Source: a virus | Taxonomy: Duplodnaviria > Heunggongvirae > Uroviricota > Caudoviricetes | Virus record (IMG/VR): IMGVR_UViG_2563366923_000007 | DNA: 6,785 nucleotides | Direction: 5' to 3' (one strand) | Part shown: piece after piece, positions 1-6,527 of the stretch | Numbering within the stretch: the first letter of the stretch is position 1 | Layout: the number at the start of each line of letters is the position of its first letter | Notes under the pieces: model-generated | Told to the model about the DNA's origin: nothing | The model's input: the letters and a program-made list of their open reading frames with translations, nothing else | Databases searched by the model: none | Translations under genes and position numbers: made by a program

Positions 1-756
1 TTACGGGGTAATGCCAACCGCTGCCGCCACTTTGTCGCCACTAGTGCTTTGTTTTTCGAATTCATCTAAGGCTCTTTCAACATCAGAAAGATACTCTTTG
101 AATGAGTTCAAGATCATGCTTAACGAGCCCCCCATAAATAGGACCTGTTTTCCATCTTTTTTAAAAAAATCAGGATATTTTTCTATAAGTTCAATAATGC
201 TTTTAATATTTTGCCCATCGTTTTCTAAGTATTTTGCATCATTATGCGCACAACTGTTTCTTAATTTTGTTATTTTTTTGATATTCGAATAGTGGGATGT
301 TGACTTCATCCCTATCATTTTTTTGATAAATAGATGGCTCCTCTCAAATCCACTTCCTTTGAGATCTGAAACATTTATAGGAGAATGATGTCTATTAGCA
401 AAGTTGTTACAGAATTTTTCTATTTCGTGTTCAAAAATTCCGAATATAGTTAAGAATACTGACCTGCGGATAATACTTGGGTAGTATTCTAAAAACATTT
501 CATCGAGATCTAGCGATGAGCTGGTGAGTCCCATGTAATGATCAATTGACTGATATACACCATCTTCCGGAGATATTTCAATTATATATTCTTCAGGTCC
601 TTTGTCTTTATATTCTGCTATGCCCTTAGCGATTGATGATTCGCTATGAGTGATTAACGTCTCGATAATATCAAATGTTAAGGAGAAGTCGAATATTGGG
701 AATTGAAACAAAAACTTAACCATGCTTGAACCTTTAAGAATCTGATTTAGTAACAT
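1..756 (-). CDS. Hypothetical AT-rich cargo protein (251 aa) with a HEPN-like R-x4-H motif; candidate RNase-type defence or toxin protein
   Basis: Complete ORF; the stop codon TAA is the reverse complement of 1..3. The longest start (ATG 754..756) overlaps the int stop by 23 nt; an alternative ATG at 721..723 (M12) lies 10 nt after the int stop and has an AAAGG Shine-Dalgarno-like sequence about 7 nt upstream, giving 240 aa. Hand counts of a few 60-nt blocks give about 27-35% G+C versus about 55% in a block of the adjacent int. Motif KLRNSCAHND (aa 165-174) fits the HEPN R-[X]4-6-H signature, with an upstream helix-like segment FGIFEHEIEKF. I recognise no close family. Confidence 0.75.
   Translation of the reverse strand: MLLNQILKGSSMVKFLFQFPIFDFSLTFDIIETLITHSESSIAKGIAEYKDKGPEEYIIEISPEDGVYQSIDHYMGLTSSSLDLDEMFLEYYPSIIRRSVFLTIFGIFEHEIEKFCNNFANRHHSPINVSDLKGSGFERSHLFIKKMIGMKSTSHYSNIKKITKLRNSCAHNDAKYLENDGQNIKSIIELIEKYPDFFKKDGKQVLFMGGSLSMILNSFKEYLSDVERALDEFEKQSTSGDKVAAAVGITP
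19..40. repeat. attL core-like direct repeat (cgctgccgccactttgtcgcca)
   Basis: Position-by-position match to 3931..3952 with a single mismatch (c at 30 versus t at 3942). Flanking bases on both sides differ. The two copies bracket the whole phage-like block. Confidence 0.7.
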
Positions 757-1765
757 CCAAAGTTGCTAGTGGATTGAAACGAAGAGCTGTCTCTAAGTGA
801 TCAGGTGATAGATGAGCATAACGCATAGTCATTTTTATGTCGTGATGTCCGAGGATTTTTTGCAAAGCAAGGATGTTTCCACCCGACATCATGAAATGCG
901 CCGCAAACGTATGACGCAGAACGTGTGTAAGTTGACCGCGAGGGAGCACGATAGACGTTTTTTCCATCACGGATAAAAATTGAAAATAGCAGTCTGTGAA
1001 GAAATTGAACCCATCAAGCGCTATGATCTCTTCATAAAGCTCTTTACTGATAGGGATGCTTCTGTTTTTCTTCCCCTTCGTTCTTACAAAGGTAATTCGG
1101 TATTTGGTCACCTGTGATCGGGTAAGGTTTATTGCTTCTCGCCAGCGTGCGCCTGTGCTTAAGCATATCTTGACTACCAGTGCCAGAATTGGGTCCTGAC
1201 GTTTGCAATCATCCAGCAGTTCAACAATCTGCTCATGGGTAAGCCATGCCATCTCTTTTTCTGCGATGGTGAATTTTCGCATGTTCTCCAGTGGGTTTGG
1301 ATACGACCATTCGCCCAGGCGGGATAGTTCGCTAAAAACACTACTTAGATAGCTTTGCTCCAGGTTAATGGTGACCGGGCTGGCCCCTTTCTTCCATTTC
1401 TCGCTGAAGTAGATCTCACCTGTCAGTCGTTTATCTCGATAATGGGCAAACATTTTAGATGTGAGATCGGTTGCAAGGGGATTGCCCAGAGCGTCAACCA
1501 TCAGCAGCAATTTGTCATAGACATGCTGCCCAGCAGTCAGAGATTTACCATGTAGTTTGAACCATAGCTCAACCACGTCTTTCAGGGTTCGACGATCTAC
1601 TGATTCGCCCAGCCAGGGCTTTGCTTCGGTTTCTTCCATCGTGTGACGCTCAAAAGCCAGTGCTTCGCCTTTGGTGGCGAATTGTTTACGCACACGACGC
1701 CCACTACGTCCGGCGGGGTAACATTCGCAAAGCCATTTTCCTGTGGTGAGTTTTCGTACTGCCAT
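734..1765 (-). CDS. int: Phage tyrosine integrase (P2/186-like site-specific recombinase)
   Basis: Translation contains the tyrosine-recombinase signatures: STGARWREA (box I Arg), HVLRHTFA (H-x-x-R) and GHHDIKMTMRYAHL (catalytic Tyr). Likely start is ATG 1763..1765 (MAVRKLTTGKW..., 343 aa) with GGAGGG 7 nt upstream. The track ORF extends to 1843 but that upstream part has no Shine-Dalgarno sequence. Confidence 0.93.
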   Translation of the reverse strand: MAVRKLTTGKWLCECYPAGRSGRRVRKQFATKGEALAFERHTMEETEAKPWLGESVDRRTLKDVVELWFKLHGKSLTAGQHVYDKLLLMVDALGNPLATDLTSKMFAHYRDKRLTGEIYFSEKWKKGASPVTINLEQSYLSSVFSELSRLGEWSYPNPLENMRKFTIAEKEMAWLTHEQIVELLDDCKRQDPILALVVKICLSTGARWREAINLTRSQVTKYRITFVRTKGKKNRSIPISKELYEEIIALDGFNFFTDCYFQFLSVMEKTSIVLPRGQLTHVLRHTFAAHFMMSGGNILALQKILGHHDIKMTMRYAHLSPDHLETALRFNPLATLDVTKSDS

Positions 1766-1951
1766 AAAAAATGCCCTCCAATAGAGAGCATTTTTACTGT
1801 ATGTATAACCAGTGTCAATGTATGAAATCTTGCGACCATACATCTCACTGAAGCCATAATGAAGTTGGCTATTTTTTGCTATGTGAGTATGTGACTTTTG
1901 CGGTTAGCCTGCGGCTCATTGTTATATTAGGCGCAGATATAAAAGCAAAAA

Positions 1952-2143
1952 TTATCGCGAGTTTTTAGTACAGATTTTTTTTGATTTACTAATAGTTCCA
2001 TCATTGCAAACGAACTTTCCATCGGAGGTACAGTGAGAGACACCTCCCTTTTTCCCAGAACAAGGATAATTTTTAGCATAGGTAGTTAGTGGGTTTAATA
2101 ACAAAGAGCATGATAAAACCACAAAAAATACCTTACCAAGCAT
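1952..2143 (-). CDS. Small secreted Cys-rich, Lys-rich protein (63 aa precursor; predicted signal peptide, mature about 40 aa with 4 Cys)
   Basis: ATG at 2141..2143 is preceded by GGGAGG about 5 nt upstream, directly after the cI stop at 2159..2161, so it is probably co-transcribed with cI and int. N-terminus [23 protein letters not shown] has the n/h/c-region look of an SPase I signal peptide. Mature part [40 protein letters not shown]. Moderately AT-rich. Confidence 0.6.
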   Translation of the reverse strand: MLGKVFFVVLSCSLLLNPLTTYAKNYPCSGKKGGVSHCTSDGKFVCNDGTISKSKKICTKNSR

Positions 2144-2158
2144 AGTTTCCTCCCGGTA

Positions 2159-2728
2159 TTACCTAACGTACTTAATTGTTAAACTTATAATTTTTCCAAT
2201 TATTTCAACATCTTCTATCTTGCACTCGAAGGCTCTGTTTCCACCTTCAACGAAGATTCTTCCACCGGGTAAACGAGTAATGTCGCGGATTGTTATTTCG
2301 CCATCAATACTTATTACCCATTTACCATCACGTATATCATCAAATTCTTTATCACAAATAAATTCAGAATTGTTATCTGTGATGACAAAAGGTTTTTTAA
2401 ACGTAGAGGGTAGAAATCCCTTATCAAAAATATAAAAACCGTCTTCACGCAAGGCACCATCAGATAATACATATTTAGCAACTTCCATCGTATTTGTATT
2501 ACCTGAAGTTTGCTTTGAACCATGTCCAGTTGTGAGCCAATTAAGCGAGGTGCCCGTTTCAAGGGCGCACTGGATTACCCATTCTGCTGGGAATGAGTCA
2601 CGCATGTAGCGTGTAGCGAGTGTACTTTTAGAGATTCCTAAATGATCGCACAACGCCTGTCGAGTTTTGAATCCATAAGCTTCTACCATGCGCTCTATAG
2701 CGCCTCGTCCGCCTTTCTCCAAATTCAT
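2159..2728 (-). CDS. cI: Phage 186 CI-like immunity repressor (N-terminal HTH, C-terminal oligomerisation domain)
   Basis: About 190 aa, matching the size of 186 CI. Shows the N-terminal pattern EAYGF...LCDHLGISKSTLATRY and the C-terminal RLPGGRIFVEGG...FEC that I recall for 186 CI-type repressors. Sits divergent to an Apl/Cox-like gene and upstream of int, as in 186. Likely start is ATG 2726..2728 (GGAG 5 nt upstream); the track begins at GTG 2734. Confidence 0.8.
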   Translation of the reverse strand: MNLEKGGRGAIERMVEAYGFKTRQALCDHLGISKSTLATRYMRDSFPAEWVIQCALETGTSLNWLTTGHGSKQTSGNTNTMEVAKYVLSDGALREDGFYIFDKGFLPSTFKKPFVITDNNSEFICDKEFDDIRDGKWVISIDGEITIRDITRLPGGRIFVEGGNRAFECKIEDVEIIGKIISLTIKYVR

Positions 2729-2853
2729 GGTCACTCCAAGTGAACTTTTATCTTAACGATTTCATCGTGCGATCGTATGTTTATGGTGTTCACAAAATAC
2801 AAACGATCCGTATTCGTCCTGATTAATCATCATTAAACGAGGAATGTTGCATC
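2729..2853. promoter_or_regulatory. Lysis/lysogeny switch region between cI and the apl-like gene; candidate rightward lytic promoter and operator repeats
   Basis: 125-bp divergent intergenic region. Candidate sigma70 promoter on the + strand: TTAACG (2753..2758), 17-bp spacer, TATGTT (2776..2781). Inverted GTGAAC (2740..2745) / GTTCAC (2788..2793) pair. Repeated ATCGT (2764..2768, 2772..2776) and ACGAT (2756..2760, 2803..2807). Two GATC sites. Not verified. Confidence 0.4.
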
Positions 2854-3075
2854 ATGAGACCTAACATTTCAATCACTCTTACCACGCCTCATGTGACTAT
2901 TGAACGCTATAGCGAGCTGACAGGACTGTCCATCGATACCATCAATGACATGTTGGCTGATGGACGCCTTATCCGTCACCGTTTGCGCAAAGATAAAAAA
3001 CGCGAAAAAGTGATGATCAACATAGCAGCCATGACCGTTGATGCGCTTTCAGAATGCAATCTAAACCTTAATTAG
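2854..3075 (+). CDS. Apl/Cox-like small DNA-binding protein (excisionase and lytic-switch regulator class), 73 aa
   Basis: First gene of the rightward operon, divergent from cI, which is the position of apl in 186 and cox in P2. GAGGA lies 10 nt upstream of the ATG. HTH-like segment [23 protein letters not shown]. Assignment is by synteny and size, not sequence identity. Confidence 0.55.
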   Translation: MRPNISITLTTPHVTIERYSELTGLSIDTINDMLADGRLIRHRLRKDKKREKVMINIAAMTVDALSECNLNLN

Positions 3076-3107
3076 TTCGATTCTGAAATACATCAGAGGC
3101 ATTGACC

Positions 3108-3332
3108 ATGTTTGATTACCAAGTTTCCAAACATCCACATTTTGATGAAGCCTGTCGTGCATTTGCACTGCGCCACAATCTGGTGCAACTGGCAGAACGT
3201 GCAGGCATGAATGTGCAGATTCTGCGGAACAAGCTGAACCCAGCTCAGCCTCATTTATTAACCGCACCAGAAATCTGGCTGCTTACCGATCTGACTGAAG
3301 ATTCAACGCTGGTACCTGGTGGGGACGGATGA
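3108..3332 (+). pseudogene. CII-like HTH regulator, N-terminal fragment (about 74 aa) truncated by an internal prophage deletion
   Basis: ATG 3108 with GAGG 8 nt upstream (track starts at TTG 3102). HTH-like segment [20 protein letters not shown]. Lies immediately downstream of apl, as cII does in 186 (169 aa from memory). The ORF ends after ...DSTLVPGGDG, where the frame runs into gpD-like sequence in another frame. Confidence 0.5.
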
Positions 3333-3621
3333 AAACGTGCTGGTACTTAATCGCACTTATGCCAACCGGAGCAACGCCGAACGAGCGGCAAAAATGCAGT
3401 GGGAACGCCTGCAACGCGGCGTTGCGTCATTCTCGCTACAACTGGCGGAAGGGCGGGCAGATCTCTACACGGAAATGCCAGTGAAAGTCAGTGGCTTTAA
3501 ACAGCCGATAGATGATGCGGAATGGACCATTACGACTCTGACACATACTGTCAGCCCGGATAACGGTTTTACAACCAGTATTGAACTCGAAGTGAAGATT
3601 GATGATTTCGAAATGGAATGA
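3319..3621 (+). pseudogene. Phage tail / late-control protein D (gpD family), C-terminal fragment of about 100 aa
   Basis: The frame is open from 3295 after a TGA at 3292..3294 and has no credible start or Shine-Dalgarno sequence. It sits immediately upstream of ogr, as D does in P2/186 (full-length D is about 390 aa). The C-terminal sequence ...WERLQRGVASF...VSGF...WTIT..THT...GFTTSIELEV is consistent with my recollection of the gpD family. Confidence 0.6.
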
Positions 3622-3646
3622 TTCTTCGCAATGGAGAACTTTTAAG

Positions 3647-3674
3647 TTTGCAAAATGGAATAATAAGGTATCAT
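3647..3674 (+). promoter_or_regulatory. Candidate sigma70 promoter for ogr
   Basis: TTTGCA (3647..3652), 16-bp spacer, TATCAT (3669..3674), then GGGGAG (3696..3701) and the ATG at 3712. Hexamer match only. Confidence 0.35.
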
Positions 3675-3711
3675 TATTGTGAATTTAGCAAAAATGGGGA
3701 GAACTCGAAAA

Positions 3712-3930
3712 ATGATGATTTGCCCACTGTGTGGAAGTGCCGCCCATACTCGCAGCAGTTTTCAGGTATCTTCATTGACCAAAGAGCGTTACAACCAGTG
3801 CCAGAACATTAACTGCAGCCATACTTTTGTTACCCATGAAACTTTTGTTCGTTCGATTGCAACGCCAAAAGAGTCAAATCCGGTTCAGCCGCATCCAATG
3901 AAATCAGGACAGGTGGCGCTCTCTCTTTGA
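3712..3930 (+). CDS. ogr: Ogr/B/Delta-family zinc-finger late-gene transcriptional activator (72 aa)
   Basis: MMICPLCGSAAH...KERYNQCQNINCSHTF... carries the C-x2-C ... C-x4-C zinc-finger spacing and the KERY(H/N)QCQN(V/I)NCS core typical of P2 Ogr. Start ATG 3712 has GGGGAG 10 nt upstream; the track start at GTG 3679 would add 11 residues. The stop TGA at 3928..3930 directly abuts the attR core. Confidence 0.88.
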   Translation: MMICPLCGSAAHTRSSFQVSSLTKERYNQCQNINCSHTFVTHETFVRSIATPKESNPVQPHPMKSGQVALSL

Positions 3931-3952
3931 CGCTGCCGCCATTTTGTCGCCA
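3931..3952. repeat. attR core-like direct repeat (cgctgccgccattttgtcgcca)
   Basis: 21/22 identical to 19..40. Immediately followed by chromosomal sequence leading into ybjL. Confidence 0.7.
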
Positions 3953-4004
3953 TCGTTAAAAAGCAGTGCTTCTAACATCATGATTTTAAAAGGCATAAAT
4001 TTCA

Positions 4005-4053
4005 GACAACAAAAAACCCATCAACCTTGAACCGAAATGGCGGGGTTGATGGG
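4005..4053 (-). terminator. Rho-independent terminator downstream of ybjL
   Basis: 10-bp stem CCCATCAACC (4017..4026) pairs with GGTTGATGGG (4044..4053), 17-nt loop. On the minus strand the stem is followed by TTTTTTGTTG (complement of 4007..4016). Lies about 110 nt after the ybjL stop. Confidence 0.55.
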
Positions 4054-4165
4054 CTCCACAAAATGGGGACATCAAAGAAAAGCAGTGGCACTAATTAAGA
4101 CTGATGCCCTGCGGAAAAGTTCTGCGGTTGTGCAAAAAAATTTCATTTTCAGGGCAACTTCAGTT

Positions 4166-5851
4166 TTATCCTAATCCTGGCCATACCATGACGATGATTG
4201 TCCCTGCCAGCGTCAGCAGGACGTTGGCGATTGCATAGGTGCCCGCATAGCCCAGCGCCGGGATGTTACTGCGAGCTGTATCACTGATGATCTCCATTGC
4301 CGGCGCGCAGGTACGTGCGCCCATCATTGCGCCGAACAACAGCGCGCGGTTCATTCGCAATACATAAGCACCGAACAAGAAACAGATAACCACGGGCACC
4401 AGACTGACAATCAATCCGGCAATCAACATCTGACCGCCAATCGCGCCCAGGCCGTTATTAATACCGCTACCGGCGCTCAGACCAACGCCTGCCATAAACA
4501 CCATCAAGCCGAACTCTTTCACCATGCTTAATGCACCCTGCGGAATGTAACCGAAGGTCGGGTGGTTAGCACGCATAAAGCCCAGCATAATTCCGGCGAA
4601 TAACAACCCGGCAGCGTTCCCCATGCCGAAACTGAATGTGCTGAACTGGAAGGTGATCATCCCGATCATCAGCCCAATAACAAAGAAGGCGCAGAATGCC
4701 AGCAGGTCAGTGACCTGGCTGTGAATCGAGATAAAGCCGATGCGATCGGCGATGGTTTTTACGCGGCGGGCATCGCCGCTGACTTGTAAAACGTCACCTT
4801 TGTTAAGCACGACGTTGTCATCTATCGGCATCTCAATCTGGCTACGAATGACGCGGTTAAGGAAGCAACCGTGATCGGTCAACTTCAGTTGTGCGAGACG
4901 TTTACCTACAGCGTTATGGTTTTTAACGACCACTTCTTCAGTGACGATACGCATGTCGAGAAGGTCACGATCGAAAACTTCTTTACCGTTACGGAAGCTG
5001 GGATCGAGTCGGGCATGGGCGTCGGGATAGCCTACCAACGCTATTTCATCGCCCATTTGTAGCACGGCATCACCGTCTGGATTTGCCAGAATCCCGTTAC
5101 GTCGAATACGTTCAATGTAGCAGCCGGTTTGTCGATAAATACCCAGTTCACGCAGATTTTTGCCGTCGGTCCAGGCCACCAGTTCCGGGCCGACGCGATA
5201 GGCGCGGATCACCGGTAAATAAACCTTACGGTTGGCATCAGTGTCCAGGCCACGTTCGCGGGCGATTTGCTGGGCGCTGGTCTGTAAGTCCTGATGCTGC
5301 AATTTCGGCAAGTAACGCGCACCAACAATCAAACTCACCAGACCGATTAAATAGGTTAAGGCATACCCGAGGCTCAGATTATCCAGTGCCAGTGAGAGCT
5401 GCCTGCTTTCCATGCCGGAATGACGCAGTGTATCGCCAGCACCGACCAGAACCGGTGTCGACGTCATAGAGCCTGCTAACATACCGGCCGTCAGGCCAAT
5501 ATCCCAGCCAAACAGCTTACCTAACCCTAAGGCGATCACCAGCGCACTGCCAACCATCACCAGTGCTAACATTAGGTAATTTTTCCCATCGCGAAAAAAA
5601 ATGGAAAAAAAGTTCGGTCCGGCTTCGACCCCGACGCAGAAAATAAACAGCATAAAGCCAAGATTAAGCGCATCGGTGTTAATGCTGAAATGTTGTTGGC
5701 CTAATAACAGCGATACGACTAAAACGCCAATGGAATTACCCAGTTGGATCGAACCAAGTCGTAACTTTCCGAGACATAGCCCAAGCGCGAGGACCACAAA
5801 TAATAACAGAATGTAATTCCCATTTAACAATTCGGCGACGTTTATATTCAC
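4166..5851 (-). CDS. ybjL: Putative transporter YbjL (AAE-family membrane protein with central cytoplasmic domains), 561 aa
   Basis: Full-length translation [29 protein letters not shown]... matches my recollection of E. coli YbjL in length and sequence. Hydrophobic N- and C-terminal halves with a central soluble region. Start is GTG per the track. Confidence 0.88.
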
Positions 5852-6120
5852 GGAGGCTAACTTCTTGTTTACTAGTAAGCTGTTGAAAGAAATGGTAATT
5901 TACGATAATGTTTTTTACCAGAATTCAGGGCGCAGATTCATTCAGCGCACCTAAACGATAGTAAAGTAACAATATATTTTACTAGTGTAATCACATTAGG
6001 TATCAACGGCTATATGAATTGCGTTGGCCTATATTAGCATGGAATGCGAAGCGGCTTTATCTTACTGAACGCCACACTGGCGAAAAATGTGTTCGATAGA
6101 CGCAGTGTCAGGAGGAACGA

Positions 6121-6498
6121 GTGAAACATAAACAACGTTGGGCGGGGGCAATCTGCTGTTTTGTCCTCTTCATTGTGGTGTGCCTTTTTCTGGCGACGCA
6201 CATGAAAGGCGCTTTTCGGGCTGCCGGGCATCCTGAAATCGGCTTGCTATTTTTCATTCTTCCTGGAGCAGTCGCCAGCTTCTTTTCACAGCGTAGAGAA
6301 GTCCTGAAACCTCTGTTTGGCGCAATGCTGGCGGCACCCTGTTCGATGCTCATTATGCGGCTGTTTTTTTCACCGACGCGCTCATTCTGGCAAGAGCTGG
6401 CATGGTTATTAAGTGCGGTGTTCTGGTGTGCGCTGGGGGCACTGTGTTTCTTATTTATCAGTAGTTTGTTTAAACCACAGCACAGAAAAAATCAGTAA
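6121..6498 (+). CDS. ybjM: Inner-membrane protein YbjM (125 aa)
   Basis: GTG start at 6121 with GGAGG 5 nt upstream. Hydrophobic, multi-helix translation MKHKQRWAGAICCFVLFIVV.... Divergent from ybjL and convergent with grxA, as in E. coli K-12. Confidence 0.82.
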   Translation: MKHKQRWAGAICCFVLFIVVCLFLATHMKGAFRAAGHPEIGLLFFILPGAVASFFSQRREVLKPLFGAMLAAPCSMLIMRLFFSPTRSFWQELAWLLSAVFWCALGALCFLFISSLFKPQHRKNQ

Positions 6499-6518
6499 AG
6501 CCCTCAACGCGAGGGCTT
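6485..6518 (-). terminator. Candidate terminator hairpin between convergent ybjM and grxA
   Basis: 8-bp GC-rich stem AAGCCCTC (6498..6505) pairs with GAGGGCTT (6511..6518), 5-nt loop. On the minus strand a T6 run (complement of 6485..6490) follows 7 nt after the stem. No T-run on the + strand. Confidence 0.45.
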
Positions 6519-6527
6519 GTCAGACGA

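Larger units (their letters stand above)
19..3952. mobile_element. Cryptic 186/P2-family prophage remnant (about 3.9 kb) bounded by 22-bp direct repeats
   Basis: Gene content and order (int, cI-like, divergent apl/cox-like, cII-like fragment, gpD fragment, ogr/B) between the direct repeats, followed immediately by conserved chromosomal genes ybjL, ybjM and grxA. Confidence 0.8.

Noticed and set aside
11-292. 93-aa + strand ORF antisense to the 3' end of the 251-aa cargo gene
   Set aside because: Lies entirely inside the longer minus-strand ORF in an AT-rich stretch, has no Shine-Dalgarno sequence and a low-complexity translation. Most likely a frame artefact.
1355-1857. Three short ORFs (1355..1555 +, 1597..1857 -, 1643..1825 +) overlapping int
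   Set aside because: Nested within or antisense to the integrase gene, which has clear catalytic motifs. No independent translation signals.
1852-1879. Short hairpin AGCCA-9 nt-TGGCT followed by ATTTTTTG on the + strand, between the orf63 stop and the int start
   Set aside because: Only a 5-bp stem, and it is oriented to terminate + strand transcription, which is antisense to the operon here. Could be chance or part of an int-proximal regulatory element; not enough to call a terminator.
2220-2562. ORFs 2220..2435 (+) and 2314..2562 (-) inside cI
   Set aside because: Alternative frames of the CI-like gene. Low-complexity translations with no start context.
3061-3267. 68-aa minus-strand ORF antisense to the CII-like fragment
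   Set aside because: Antisense to a gene with a good start context, and has no Shine-Dalgarno sequence of its own.
3618-3812. 64-aa + strand ORF spanning the gpD stop, the ogr promoter region and the ogr 5' end
   Set aside because: Out of frame with ogr, whose Cys4 zinc-finger frame is clearly the real one. No Shine-Dalgarno sequence.
4871-5816. Three + strand ORFs (63, 128 and 71 aa) antisense to ybjL
   Set aside because: GC-rich antisense frames of a conserved transporter gene. The 128-aa translation is Arg/Pro-rich, typical of an antisense artefact.
5871-5986. ACTAGTAA (5871..5878) and TTACTAGT (5979..5986) inverted 8-mers in the ybjL/ybjM divergent region
   Set aside because: Only 8 bp, built around the self-palindromic ACTAGT. 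Chance occurrence is plausible and no flanking symmetry supports a regulatory site or insertion-sequence end.
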